Source: Setoptus koraiensis (Eukaryota; Animalia; Arthropoda). Taken from it: 64,000 nt of DNA. Both the position numbers and the translations under genes were made by a program. Below are positions 52,065 to 62,819 of this stretch, one piece after another. The stretch is from NCBI GenBank assembly GCA_048013815.1, contig CM106586.1:16368001-16432000 (forward strand), given 5' to 3'. The notes under the pieces were generated by a model. The model did no database searches and was not told the DNA's origin. It saw only the letters and a program-made list of their open reading frames with translations. Positions within the stretch are counted from its first letter, which is position 1. Each line of letters opens with the position of its first letter.

Positions 52065-52721
52065 ATGATAGCTCCTCCGAAAACATCCAATACAAAATTT
52101 GCTCAAAGCAAACAGGCCTGTCTCAGCAAGAACGATCTCAGTCTCAAAGGATCTGTTGATAAGCCCATAGAGCCCCTAGTTACTTTATTGAATCAATCTG
52201 ATAACTATTACACAAGTTCCTCCTGTTCTGGCAGAATTGCACTTGTCTCAAAGCCACATGGTAAATGTAACATAAAATTAGGATCTAAAATTCTATTGAA
52301 CTACCACGAACCTATAGCCAAGGAAGAATTGATTGACGTCCTCATCAAGGAGCATGCACCATGTTATGATCGACATGGTAGTACACTAGAAACTCACGAT
52401 ATTAACTTGTGTATCTGGCTAAAGTTTGAACCATTCATCTTGCACGTATTTTGCGCTGATTTAGATGGTGCAAAGAAGTTGTTAGAGGCATCTGTTGCTT
52501 GTGGATGCAGAAACTCAGGCCTAACGATGGGAAAAGACGGGAAATATATGGTCGCAATAAGATCAACCTCTTCCATGGAGGTCCCATTAAAACAGGATCA
52601 AAGCTTTAAACTGCCAAATGAATACTACGAGTATGTATGTGACGAGGCCAACGCAAGATTGGAGGCCAACTTTGAAAGATTAGAGAAGTTCTATTCACAT
52701 TGTGTTGAAATTATTAAGTGA
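52065..52721 (+). CDS. TYW3: tRNA wybutosine-synthesizing protein 3 (methyltransferase)
   Basis: KGSVDKPI...YYTSSSCSGRI, LKFEPFILHV, CGCRNSG, MVAIRSTSSMEVPL motifs. Confidence 0.92.
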   Translation: MIAPPKTSNTKFAQSKQACLSKNDLSLKGSVDKPIEPLVTLLNQSDNYYTSSSCSGRIALVSKPHGKCNIKLGSKILLNYHEPIAKEELIDVLIKEHAPCYDRHGSTLETHDINLCIWLKFEPFILHVFCADLDGAKKLLEASVACGCRNSGLTMGKDGKYMVAIRSTSSMEVPLKQDQSFKLPNEYYEYVCDEANARLEANFERLEKFYSHCVEIIK

Positions 52722-52796
52722 TATGTACTAAAAGTCAAGAGAAGACCTTTCTAAGGAGAGATTCAGACAATACAATTGTTGAAGATATAATTTTTT

Positions 52797-53282
52797 TTAT
52801 ACTAATTCTGTCTTCGAATCATCGGCAGTCTTTTTTGGTGGAGAATCAATCACCAGGGTGACTGGACCGTCCAACGATAGATCAATATCCATGTGAGATC
52901 CAAATTTCCCCGTCTGTACCTTGTCGGATTTGTATTCTTTTTTTAAGCGTTCAACAAATTCTTCAAAGAATGGCTTGGATAGATCCCCACTCATACTCAA
53001 ATGAAAGTCTGGCTTGGTGCCTTTGAATGTGTGACATAGTGTGAATTGACTAACAATAAGTAGCTCGTAGTCGGATTCTTTGACACTTTTCATCCACCGT
53101 TTGTTGGGGTCATCACTGAAGAGCTTGAGTGTCAGCAATTTCCTAATTATATAGTCAGAGTCTGCGTGGGTGTCGTCTCGATTAATACCCAACAAAATTG
53201 TTAGACCTTGTTTAATTGAGCCAACCACCTCACCTTCGGCGGATACTTGACCCTTGAGCACACGCTGCACTATTGCTCTCAT
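52797..53282 (-). CDS. DTD1: D-aminoacyl-tRNA deacylase 1
   Basis: MRAIVQRV, SQFTL, GKFG and DGPVT (Gly-cisPro) motifs. Confidence 0.95.
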   Translation of the reverse strand: MRAIVQRVLKGQVSAEGEVVGSIKQGLTILLGINRDDTHADSDYIIRKLLTLKLFSDDPNKRWMKSVKESDYELLIVSQFTLCHTFKGTKPDFHLSMSGDLSKPFFEEFVERLKKEYKSDKVQTGKFGSHMDIDLSLDGPVTLVIDSPPKKTADDSKTELV

Positions 53283-53848
53283 TATCTAATCACAAATACC
53301 GCAGATTTATTCCCAGATATAACAGTTTCTTGTATCGACTGTTTGTAACGTCAATATGTAATATAAAAATAATAATAATTATTATAGTTGCATGTGATCA
53401 TCAGTATTTCGGAATAGAAACAAATGAATAGCGCTACTGCATTGTTTGTTCCTCTACTGCCGAGCACGACAATTTTCTTTGCTTTGTGCTTACAGATGCT
53501 CGCACACAGAAAGTTTGTCATAAGTCAGTCAGTTTACACCCAGTACATGTCATTATCACGAACTGATAGTTAATATATTCGCTGATTCTATAACAGCCAT
53601 AGGCTGTACCATCTACTCGAAATTCGCTTGTGAGCTGATTGCCGGCATCATCATATTTGCCCATAGGATATGACAAAGAAATCATCGTCATTATCCTCCT
53701 AAGTCAATTGGAAATCCAAAGAGAAAAGTAACCACCCCGATTGTGTCTGACACATTCACCCAATACTGCACTATAATTCACAAAGTTTTTATTATTAGCA
53801 TCATCATTCAGCCAACCGATTTCTAGGTATTTAATCACCTGAGCCACT

Positions 53849-54169
53849 ATGAGTTCCAATCAGCAACCAAGCAGTATGGAACAGGCCAATGCCCAACAGA
53901 GACAGGCAGCCTCGAAGAAATTACAGCAGACGCAGGCACAAGTTGACGAGGTGGTTGGTATTATGAGGACCAATGTTGAGAAAGTGCTCGAGAGAGACCA
54001 GAAACTGTCAGAATTAGATGACAGGGCGGACGCTCTACAGCAAGGAGCCTCACAATTCGAGCAACAAGCAGGCAAATTGAAACGAAAATACTGGTGGAAG
54101 GACATGAAGATGATGCTCATATTGGCTGTCGTAGTAATCGTTTTAATAATTTTGATTGTCTATCTATAG
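53849..54169 (+). CDS. Synaptobrevin/VAMP R-SNARE, copy 2 (inverted)
   Basis: Same protein as copy 1 except the last residues (IILIVYL vs IFLIFYL). Confidence 0.96.
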   Translation: MSSNQQPSSMEQANAQQRQAASKKLQQTQAQVDEVVGIMRTNVEKVLERDQKLSELDDRADALQQGASQFEQQAGKLKRKYWWKDMKMMLILAVVVIVLIILIVYL

Positions 54170-54349
54170 AAGACTATTCAATAAATTGCGCGACATCATC
54201 AAATTATCCATTTGAAGTCACTCAATCAAACGATGAAGGAGATCCATGAGTAGAATTTCCTAGTGTAGAAAATTTCAAAATGATGTCAGCCCCGTTGACT
54301 AACATCGTTAGTCAACGATGTTGACGCTAAACTTGTAAGGTGATTTTAT

Positions 54350-56284
54350 TTATAGTATATCTATTGGGTCTATCTTGATATCCTGATCAGCACACCAGTC
54401 GGGTAAGAATGGTATGCAGTCTAAGTATTTGCACCAGGAACAACTGTACACGGGAAATATGTATAATGGCAGGGTCAGGGCAATTAGTAATATAACAACA
54501 GATATTAGGCAAAGCCAAATTTGTATGATTTTGTTTCGCTGATTGTATTCTTTGAATGATAAATAAGGTAGTAGGGCATATGAGAGTAAAAATCCTGTTA
54601 TAAAACCAAATATATGAGCATAGTTGTCGATCCAGGGCAGTAAGCCAATTGTGAGTAAGGCTGAAGCTATAAGTATTAGCTTCATGAGAGCTCCGACTGG
54701 TTTCTCTATAAGGTCCCAACCGTTTATAACTTCGACTATCAAGCTGGCTAAAAGAGCAAATTGGCTTCCAGATGGTCCAACTTGAGTATGATAAGGAACA
54801 AAACTAGCGCTAGCAAGGTAACCCGCTATACCAGACACTATATATATGATAGCCATTCTGAGTGGACCTGTCAGACGTTCTATATCTCTCATGATATAAT
54901 ACTGTAAGGCGACTGTGATGGCTAAGTGTATGACACCAGCATGCAAGAATAGAGCGGTGAAAACTCTGTAAAATTGATCGGGATAATCTCGCGCGTAGAA
55001 TGGTACCATACCACAAACATCCTCCATACATGAAACTTGAGAACATAGAGTAGCTTCAGGATGAAAAGTTCCTCGCAAAAATGCACAATGTTCACTGTTG
55101 ATTATGCGGCATTGACCATGTATACCGATGCAGCATGGCCTTCCAACTAGCTCGCAAGACATGTGGTGAAGCGAAGGGGCGGTCGGAATCTTTTCATTAC
55201 ATATGGGCCACTTCGATATATCATCTTCCCACTCGTGAGGTTTGATTGAAGCAGGCCTCACACAATAAGATGGATCTTGACCACACACCGGGCCTGATGT
55301 GCGTCTTTTACCATTATAAAAAGGCACATCCTTTCTGTCAGCCGTTTCGTTCCAGGATAGCCACTCAGAGTTAAGATAAGAACAGCCCTCCTTTTGGGTC
55401 TGGAGACATCCAGATCGATCAGAACGTCGGCAGCAGCCTGTCGTTCTTTCACCTGCCCTATCTCGATCTATAACCTCGTATATTAGTTTGTCTCTGCGCA
55501 TGCAAGGAGTAAATTTTGCTCCTAGATGTACAAGATCGGCTGCTCTCGGCCCTTTCCAAATATTGTCTCTTTCATAGTAGCCGGTCCATTGCCACGACAA
55601 TGAGGTGACATAGATATTGCCTCTGATCAAGGTGGAACTTATGCCAAAAGGTCCATAACCGTAGAGTACTATTGCTGCTAGAAGCACCACTATTTGTACG
55701 GTTGTCACCCAATAAGTGAAATAGGGTCTGTAGTCGGTGAAACTATAAATAAGATTGCCCTGATCATGAGTGAGGTTTTTCTTGAATTTTCTTTCTAATA
55801 ATCTGCCAACCAAACCGAAACCGAACGGTCTTTTAGCCTCTCGTCGTTCTAGAAATTCATGTATGAATCTGATGATATTTTCCTTGTTGAGATCAGCGTC
55901 AACGTCGTCAACAATCTCTGCTGGTACCATTGAGTCACCATTAGCGCCTGTTGCCGATAAATCATTGTAATTAGTATTTGCCATGGGAAATAAATTGGTG
56001 GCACCCACCATCATTGCTTCGCAATCACAGGAGCGTATGTTTCGATTAGTTCCTTCGCCTATTGCTGAGCGAATTTCGCGCTGTAGTCGTGGTTGTCGTA
56101 ATTGTTTTGGGTCTTTAACACCGCCGCATCTTCTATTCAACAATCTCAAGCGTCTCTGTTGCCAAAGGTTCTGTTGTTTGATATCACGACTATCGTCATT
56201 GTTTGCGGCCACACCAAAAAAATCAGCCACTGCATCACGATATTTACGGTTTGATTTTTGCCCAGGCACTACTGCTACTGACAT
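54350..56284 (-). CDS. Inactive rhomboid (iRhom/RHBDF), single coding exon
   Basis: ADFFGV N-terminal motif, Cys-rich iRhom homology domain, PDQFYRVFTALFLHAG, GPSG (the Pro before the Ser site marks iRhoms), DNYAHIFG. Confidence 0.93.
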   Translation of the reverse strand: MSVAVVPGQKSNRKYRDAVADFFGVAANNDDSRDIKQQNLWQQRRLRLLNRRCGGVKDPKQLRQPRLQREIRSAIGEGTNRNIRSCDCEAMMVGATNLFPMANTNYNDLSATGANGDSMVPAEIVDDVDADLNKENIIRFIHEFLERREAKRPFGFGLVGRLLERKFKKNLTHDQGNLIYSFTDYRPYFTYWVTTVQIVVLLAAIVLYGYGPFGISSTLIRGNIYVTSLSWQWTGYYERDNIWKGPRAADLVHLGAKFTPCMRRDKLIYEVIDRDRAGERTTGCCRRSDRSGCLQTQKEGCSYLNSEWLSWNETADRKDVPFYNGKRRTSGPVCGQDPSYCVRPASIKPHEWEDDISKWPICNEKIPTAPSLHHMSCELVGRPCCIGIHGQCRIINSEHCAFLRGTFHPEATLCSQVSCMEDVCGMVPFYARDYPDQFYRVFTALFLHAGVIHLAITVALQYYIMRDIERLTGPLRMAIIYIVSGIAGYLASASFVPYHTQVGPSGSQFALLASLIVEVINGWDLIEKPVGALMKLILIASALLTIGLLPWIDNYAHIFGFITGFLLSYALLPYLSFKEYNQRNKIIQIWLCLISVVILLIALTLPLYIFPVYSCSWCKYLDCIPFLPDWCADQDIKIDPIDIL

Positions 56285-56849
56285 TGCTCGAAGGATCTAT
56301 TAAAAGCTATTTGGTTCAATCTTGACCACGGTATAACTAAACCTCACGTGTCTCTCTATTTGGTGTTCAATTTGCAAAGCCCAACCGTTGTTAATATTGA
56401 TTCAGTGTTCCCATGTCTGATATGGACGTTGCTTGCGTGCGGAATAAATGCTAGCGATATGGTCAACAATAAAGATAATGATGATATTTGTGGGTATTTG
56501 ATAAGTATGGTGACTGAGAGTCTCGGAGGACAATGTGAGACAGTATTGAGTATAGTGTATAGCGACAAAATTAATTTATTTAACGACGATAATATAATTC
56601 GATGGCCGGCAATTTTGCGGCGGCACCGGTAATGATGCTTACAATTTATTTGCAATGCCGTACTAAACACAGCACACAAACTTTTTGTTATCATACATTC
56701 ATAAGTTGAAATTCGTAACCGATGGTTTTCTGCATGGAACTTCCACTATATAACGTACCCCGCCCGGCGTCGCCGCTCAACACGTACCCGCCATGCTATG
56801 CTGCGTTGCCATCAGTATAAAATCGACTTTTTCTTTTTGATGCATATAA

Positions 56850-56923
56850 GTCAGCGTGGCGCAATCGGCTAGCGCGTTTGGCTGTTAACCAAAAGGTTGG
56901 TGGTTCGAATCCACCCGTTGACG
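56850..56923 (+). tRNA. trnN-GTT: tRNA-Asn(GTT)
   Basis: Cloverleaf: acceptor GTCAGCG/CGTTGAC, D-arm GCGC/GCGC, anticodon arm TTTGG-CTGTTAA-CCAAA, T-arm GGTGG-TTCGAAT-CCACC. T-run terminator follows at ~56929. Confidence 0.96.
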
Positions 56924-57254
56924 ATCTCTTTTTGCCTTATTCTCGCCAACTGATCCTATTCTCCCATGATCGCCACAGTTTCGCCCATTGGACGCTAGGT
57001 GGACTTTGCTAATCTCGAAACCATGTGGCTGCCAATGTTGGCTTGCCATAATCTGTCTCGATCTTTATATAGTGGCCACAGATGTCTTTTTCCTACTCAC
57101 CATCTACCTGTTAACTCATTTATCTTTAATCCACTCAATAGATGAATATTTTTTATAAAATTATGGCATTGTGAAACAGATTTTGCTCCGACAATAGCAT
57201 TACCAGAGTGCATTCGGTTTGAGTGGTACGGCCAAAACAATCCACAACATCAAC

Positions 57255-58273
57255 ATGGACTACGAGGATGAACAGAGGAACGAATTGGAGGCTCTTCAAG
57301 AGATTTACTACAACGAGATTGAGGGTAAATTTCATATTCAGCTAAGCTGATACACAATTGTTGTCAGTTGTCTTCTTTTCTGCCAGCTAACTTTTTCTTA
57401 AACGTTGTTATTGCTTCAGTTCTATCTAGGGAGCCACCGATATCACTGACAATCAAAGTCAAGTCCCGGTCATCGGACTTCCAGGATTCTTTTGGCAGCA
57501 AGGCTGATGATGATACTGGCGATGAGGAAGAAGAGGACGAAGAGGCCTACGATGACTCAGATGACGGAGACGAAACTTTGGATGAATCTGCTCATGATAA
57601 GCCATTACCTATGACAGTGACCTTAAAATTTGAATTACCCCTCAAGTACCCAGATGAAAAGCCATCCATTGAATTGTTGAGCTCACGCAATCTCGATGAT
57701 TACGATCTCAAAGGACTATTGTCTAATCTTCAGGACAAAGCGGAAGAATCTTTAGGATATGTTATGATATTTCAACTAATCAATGAAACCACAGAATGGC
57801 TTCTCACCAAGACAGCACGCATGGAAGAGGAGATTCAAGAAGAAAAAGACCGAAAAGCTCGAGCTGATGAGGAAGAACAAGTGAAGCGACTCGATGGCAC
57901 GAAAGTGACAGCTGCTTCATTCTTGGCCTGGAAGGCGAAATTTGACGCCGAGTTATTAGTGTCTAAAATGGAAAAAAACAAACTTCTTGGCATAGATGAG
58001 GGCCAACTGAGTACAGGCGGTCAGCGGCGTCTTACAGGAAGAGAGATGTTTGAAACAGACAAATCACTCATAGAGTCAGACTTGAACTTTGATGATTTGG
58101 ATCAAAATCAGATTGAGTCGTTGTTGCAAGTTGACGACGACGGCGAAGAACTAGATCCTTCTCAATTTGGCGACATTTCTGAGGATAATGATGAGGATGA
58201 CGAGGATGATGATTCATGTGATGACGATGATGAAAATAGTGCAAAGATTATCGATGAAGAGAAGAAAAAGTAA
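57255..58273 (+). CDS. RWDD1: RWD domain-containing protein 1; exons 57255-57324, 57420-58273 (~307 aa)
   Basis: MDYEDEQRNELEALQEIY, YPDEKP, LGYVMIFQL, DGTKVTAASFLAWKAKFDAE, RLTGREMFETDKSL. The intron preserves frame. Confidence 0.9.
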
Positions 58274-58583
58274 TTTACATCGTGTTTATGTTATATCGTT
58301 TTGTACAATCCAGATGTTATTTTAGTTCCACAAAGATAAAATCGTGATTTTCGCCAAAAATATCAAGAGAAAATCACGCTCGATTTCATAAATTAATTGC
58401 TCTAAGGGCGACGAGATTTAGTTAGTTGTCTTATCCTCGTAGGACAAGGCAATATCTCGACTCCTCACAATTTATTTATCGAGGCAATTGTTAGTATATT
58501 TGTTAGCAAAGTAGATCAAACTCTTGTTTTGACCTACAAAGAATAATCTCGGAATAACAGATTATTTGTTTTTCTGGTCATCA

Positions 58584-61500
58584 TTAGTTGAATTCTGCGC
58601 CGGCCTCTTTAGCATCTGCAATCGCGGGCGAAGGTGGAAATAGGAGAGGATTCAAGAGTGGTTTCTGGCAACTTGATGCATCTCCCTTTTTACATTTCTT
58701 CGATCCCTCGTCGTATTGGCTGCCTTCAGGACATTTCAGTAATTCACCTTTGAGTCCACCGCCAGATTTTGCACAATTGTAGAAATGTTTACAGTCAACT
58801 TCGAACGGTTTAGGGCCCTCCTCTGTGCAAGGGTAAACTCCCAATTGTTCCTTGAAGAAATCTCCGCTAACCTCCTCGGCGGGCTCCTCCTCCTCTTCCT
58901 CACTCTCGTCTTTGCTAGGCATGTCTTCTTCCTTGAAATCTTCCGGTTTCTTGCCTGCTTCGATGCGAGAAATAAATTAACAACAGGAGAGACAAAATTT
59001 ATTAGATTTGGCTAGCGATTGACAAAACAATAACTAGTTAGCTGTTTGATATATTACTTACCAGGCTGATCGGCGGCGCAAGTCGCAATATCTGCTAGCA
59101 TACAGATTTTAGATTTGTCATCAAACTTTTGACCCTCTGGGCACTTATAACCTTTGGACTGAATGTTCGGTCCCTCGCCTGAGCATCGGCGGAATTTCGA
59201 GCAATTGTTTTCGTCCGAGAACCATCCCTCCTTTTCACACTTGGGCTTCTCTTTAAGTTTCTCTTTTTCCCCAGGTTTCGCAGTGGTGCTGTCATCATCC
59301 CCTTTGGGTGTCGTTGATTTATCATCGGCTTTGGGAGTGGTGCTTGCCTCGTCACCTTTGGGTGTTGTGGATTTATCATCTGGTTTTGGTGTTGTTGATT
59401 TGTCGTCAGACTTCGGAGTGGTGCTGGCGTCATCGCCTTTTGGTGTGGTTGATTTATCATCGGCCTTGGGGGTAGTGCTGGCCTCGTCACCTTTGGGTGT
59501 TGTGGATTTATCATCTGGTTTTGGTGTTGTTGATTTGTCGTCAGACTTTGGGGTAGTGCTGGCCTCATCGCCTTTTGGAGTGGTTGATTTATCATCCGAT
59601 TTCGGCGTGGTGCTGGCATCATCACCTTTAGGAGTCGTTGATTTGTCGTCGGGTTTTGGGGTAGTGGATTTGTCAGCTCCATCAGGTTTAGGAGTTGTGG
59701 ATTTATCACCATCGCCCGATTTGGGTGTTGTTGATTTATCATCCGGTTTTGGAGTTGTGGATTTGTCACCCTCGCCAGGTTTAGGTGTGGTTGACTTATC
59801 GGAATCTCCCGATTTGGGTGTAGTGGATCCGTCTTCACCAGGCTTCGGGGTGGTAGATTTGTCATCCGATTTTGGAGTAGTGGATTTGTCACCCGGCTTT
59901 GGTGTGGTAGATTTGTCATCCGATTTTGGTGTGGTGGATTTGTCATCCGATTTTGGAGTGGTGGATTTGTCATCCGACTTTGGTGTGGTGGATTTGTCAT
60001 CCGGCTTTGGTGTGGTGGATTTGTCGTCTCCTTCCGGTTTAGGAGTTGTGGACTTATCACTAGGGGCAGCTTGTTGTCTCGCACTCTTGTTTTCTGGTTT
60101 CTCATCTCCAAAACCCTCGGCCTCTTCTTCTTGGTCTTCCGGTTTAGGTGTCGATTTCTTCTCTCCTTTTTTGGCTTTAGGTTTCGCTTTAGTTGCAGCT
60201 TTTTTGGGTTCCTCTTCCTCCTCCTCTTGCTTCTCTTGTTGATCAGGCTTTGGCGTCGTGGAGGCTGCAGCTTTTGATTTAGCTCTACCCTTGGCTGCTG
60301 GAGACTCTTTCTTCTTCGGTTTACCCGACTCGCCACCACCCTTCGTCGCACCTCCTTTTGTGCCCGCTGATTTGTCTTGTGGATCCTCTTCATCTTGTTT
60401 CATTTGTTCGTCTGGTTTCTTATCAGAACCTGGCTTCTTTTTATCAGATGGTTTTGCCTTACTCTCGTCATCATTTTCATTTTCGGGCTCCTCCTCTTGT
60501 TTTTCCTGTTCTTCGGGTTTAGCTTTGGACTTTTTGTCGTCTTTCTTCTTGTTTTTTGGCTTCTCTGGGTCATCCTCTTTCTCTTGACCCTCGGGTTCCT
60601 CTTCCTGTTTTTCTTGTTCATCAGGTTGTGGCTTAGACTTTTTATCCTTAGATTTCTTATCTTTGTTTTTAGGCTTTTCGGAGTCATCCTCTTTCTCTTG
60701 ACCCTCAGGTTCCTCTTCCTGTTTTTCCTGTTCATCAGGTTGCTGCTTAGACTTTTTATCCTTAGATTTCTTATCTTTGTTTTTCGGCTTCTCTGGGTCA
60801 TCCTCTTTCTCTTGACCCTTGGGTTCTTCTTCTTGCTCGTCAGGCTTTGGCTTCTTATCGTCTTTTTTCTTGTTCTCGGGCTTCTCTTGGTCCTCTTCTT
60901 TTTCTTGGCCCTCGGGCTCTTGTTTTTGTTCATCGGGCTCATCGTCTTTCTTCTTTTTCTTATCTTTGGGTTTCGCTTTCATATCATCTTCGGAGGGTTC
61001 TTCTTTCTGCTCTGGTTCGCCATCTTCTTTTTGTTGCTCATCCGGCTTGTTCTTTTCTTTCTTTCCTTTCTTATCTTTTTTGTCTTTCTTCTTTGGGCTC
61101 TTCTCGGGCTCTTCTTTTTGTTGCTCTTCTGGTTCCTCTTCTTCAGATTTTGTCTGTTCTTCATCTTTTTTCATTTTATCCTTCTTGTTTTGACGGCCCT
61201 TGTTGGCTGGACTGGCCTTCTTGAGGTCGCCCTTGGCTTTCGGCTGAGCGGCGCCCTTCTTTTGTTGCTCTGGTTGATCGGCCTCTTTCTGTTGAGCATC
61301 CTTCTCTTCATCTTGCTCTGGACTCTGTTCGTCGCTCTTAGATTTGGGTTTGGCTCCTTTGCTAGCTGGGCTTGGCTTTGATTTCTTCGGCTTTGGCTGA
61401 CCTTTTGCTGGCGTCGCGTCAGCAGGTTGCTGTTCTTCGCCTTGTTTCATTTCGCCGGATTTCGGTTCCTCGCCAAAGCCTTGATCTGGTTCACCGCTAG

Positions 61501-62819
61501 GTGGCACCGATTCAAGATTCTGCGACTTCTGTTGCTCGACAGGTTGCTCTGGTTCAGGCTGCTGCCTCTGTTGTGGCTGAACACGAGGAGACTTTCGCGC
61601 TTTAGATGGTTGCTGTGGCGCTTGTCGGGGTGCCGGTGGAGAAGCTGGTCGACTTGGTCTGCTGGGGGCCGACTTTCGCTGCTGGGGCGCCTGTCTAGAC
61701 TTCGACGGCAACCTGTTGGGTTGTCGAGCTCTTTGTGGTTTCGGTTGCGGCTGAGCTTTTGGTTCATCTACTGGCGCATCAAAGCCACTTGGCTCGGGGC
61801 CTTGCTGTTGTTGTTGTTGTTGTGGTTGCTGCTGCTGCTGAAGTGGTTGCGGATTTCTCAGTCTCTGAGCCGGACTCTGAAATTGCGGTGTCCGTTGCTG
61901 ATACCTCGGCTGTCCGATCGGCGCATTGGCGGGCCTGCTGTTCGACCAGGGTACCTGATTTCTGTAGCTAGATTGGGGCTGTTGTTGTTGCGGTTGCTGC
62001 CACTGTTGCTGCGGTTGTTGCTGCTGCGGTTGTTGCTGCTGCGGTTGCTGCCATTCTTGTTGGGGATCTTGTGGCTGCTGTTGTGGTTGTTGTTGCTGCG
62101 GTTGTTGCCATTCTTGTTGGGGATCTTGTGGGTGCTGTTGTGGTTGTTGTTGTTGCGGTTGCGGTTGCTGCCACTGTTGCTGCTGTTGTTGTGGTTGTTG
62201 CTGCTGCGGTGGTTGCTGTCTGGGTGCTTTGATCGCCGATGGAGAGCCTTTCTTTTGCTGGCCTGGGGCACTTCTCGTCCCTCTCTTCTGGCAAGGAGAG
62301 TTGTTTTTGATGGCCATTGGCCAGTTGCACACGCTAACAGATTCATCGAATTCGAGACCTGATGGTTTTTTTTTTTCATAGAGAGAGAGGGAGTTAGATG
62401 AGATAGCCAAGCAACGAATAAGTCGATATTAGGGCCAGTGATCAAAAAAATAGACGACAACTAGCGATGACCATGGAGCGACGACTGAGTGAGAGTATTT
62501 CGAGACAGGTTTGATGGAACAGCGTCTCAGATTGTGAATGTCACATGCCAACGTTCTTACATTCGAATGTTTGTTAGTTCGTAACGGAATATGTTGGCCG
62601 CATGATTGCGTATCGAGATCATTACTTACCTCCTGGACATGAGAAATGGAACGGGTGGAAATTGCCATTTTGCCATTGGTCGACGCACCGATAAAACTTT
62701 GAACAATCGGCCGGGTCAACGTGAAAGCCTTCTGATTCACATTGATATGCCGCTAGCGCGTACTGATGGCCAACTAATATGACAAGTGTCACAGAAGTTA
62801 GTAGCTCAAACAGCATCAT
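58584..62819 (-). CDS. Secreted peritrophin-mucin with three CBM14 (peritrophin-A) domains, ~1286 aa; exons 62819-62630, 62358-59062, 58957-58584
   Basis: Signal peptide. Three six-Cys domains (CESEGFHVDPADCSKFYRC...CPGGLEFDESVSVC; CEKEGWFSDENNCSKFRRC...CPEGQKFDDKSKIC; CTEEG...DCKHFYNC...CPEGSQYDEGSKKC). Q/P-rich, K/E-rich and STTPK-repeat linkers. Both introns are phase 1. Confidence 0.88.
59280..60062 (-). repeat. Coding tandem repeat, ~28 units of mostly 27 bp (xDDKSTTPK)
   Basis: 27 STTPK plus one STTAK counted in the translation. Confidence 0.92.

Noticed and set aside
52235-52247. AATTGCACTTGTC, matching the 5' part of miR-92-family microRNAs
   Set aside because: It lies within the conserved TYW3 CDS (GRIALV), the match stops at 13 nt, and no precursor hairpin is evident.
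50846-54120. Two identical 86-aa antisense ORFs (50846-51106 and 53860-54120)
   Set aside because: They are the reverse strands of the two synaptobrevin CDSs; useful only as confirmation of their identity.
59095-62460. Many long alternative-frame and antisense ORFs (432, 359, 334, 311, 200 aa) over the peritrophin gene
   Set aside because: By-products of stop-poor repetitive codons in the real frame; no independent domains.
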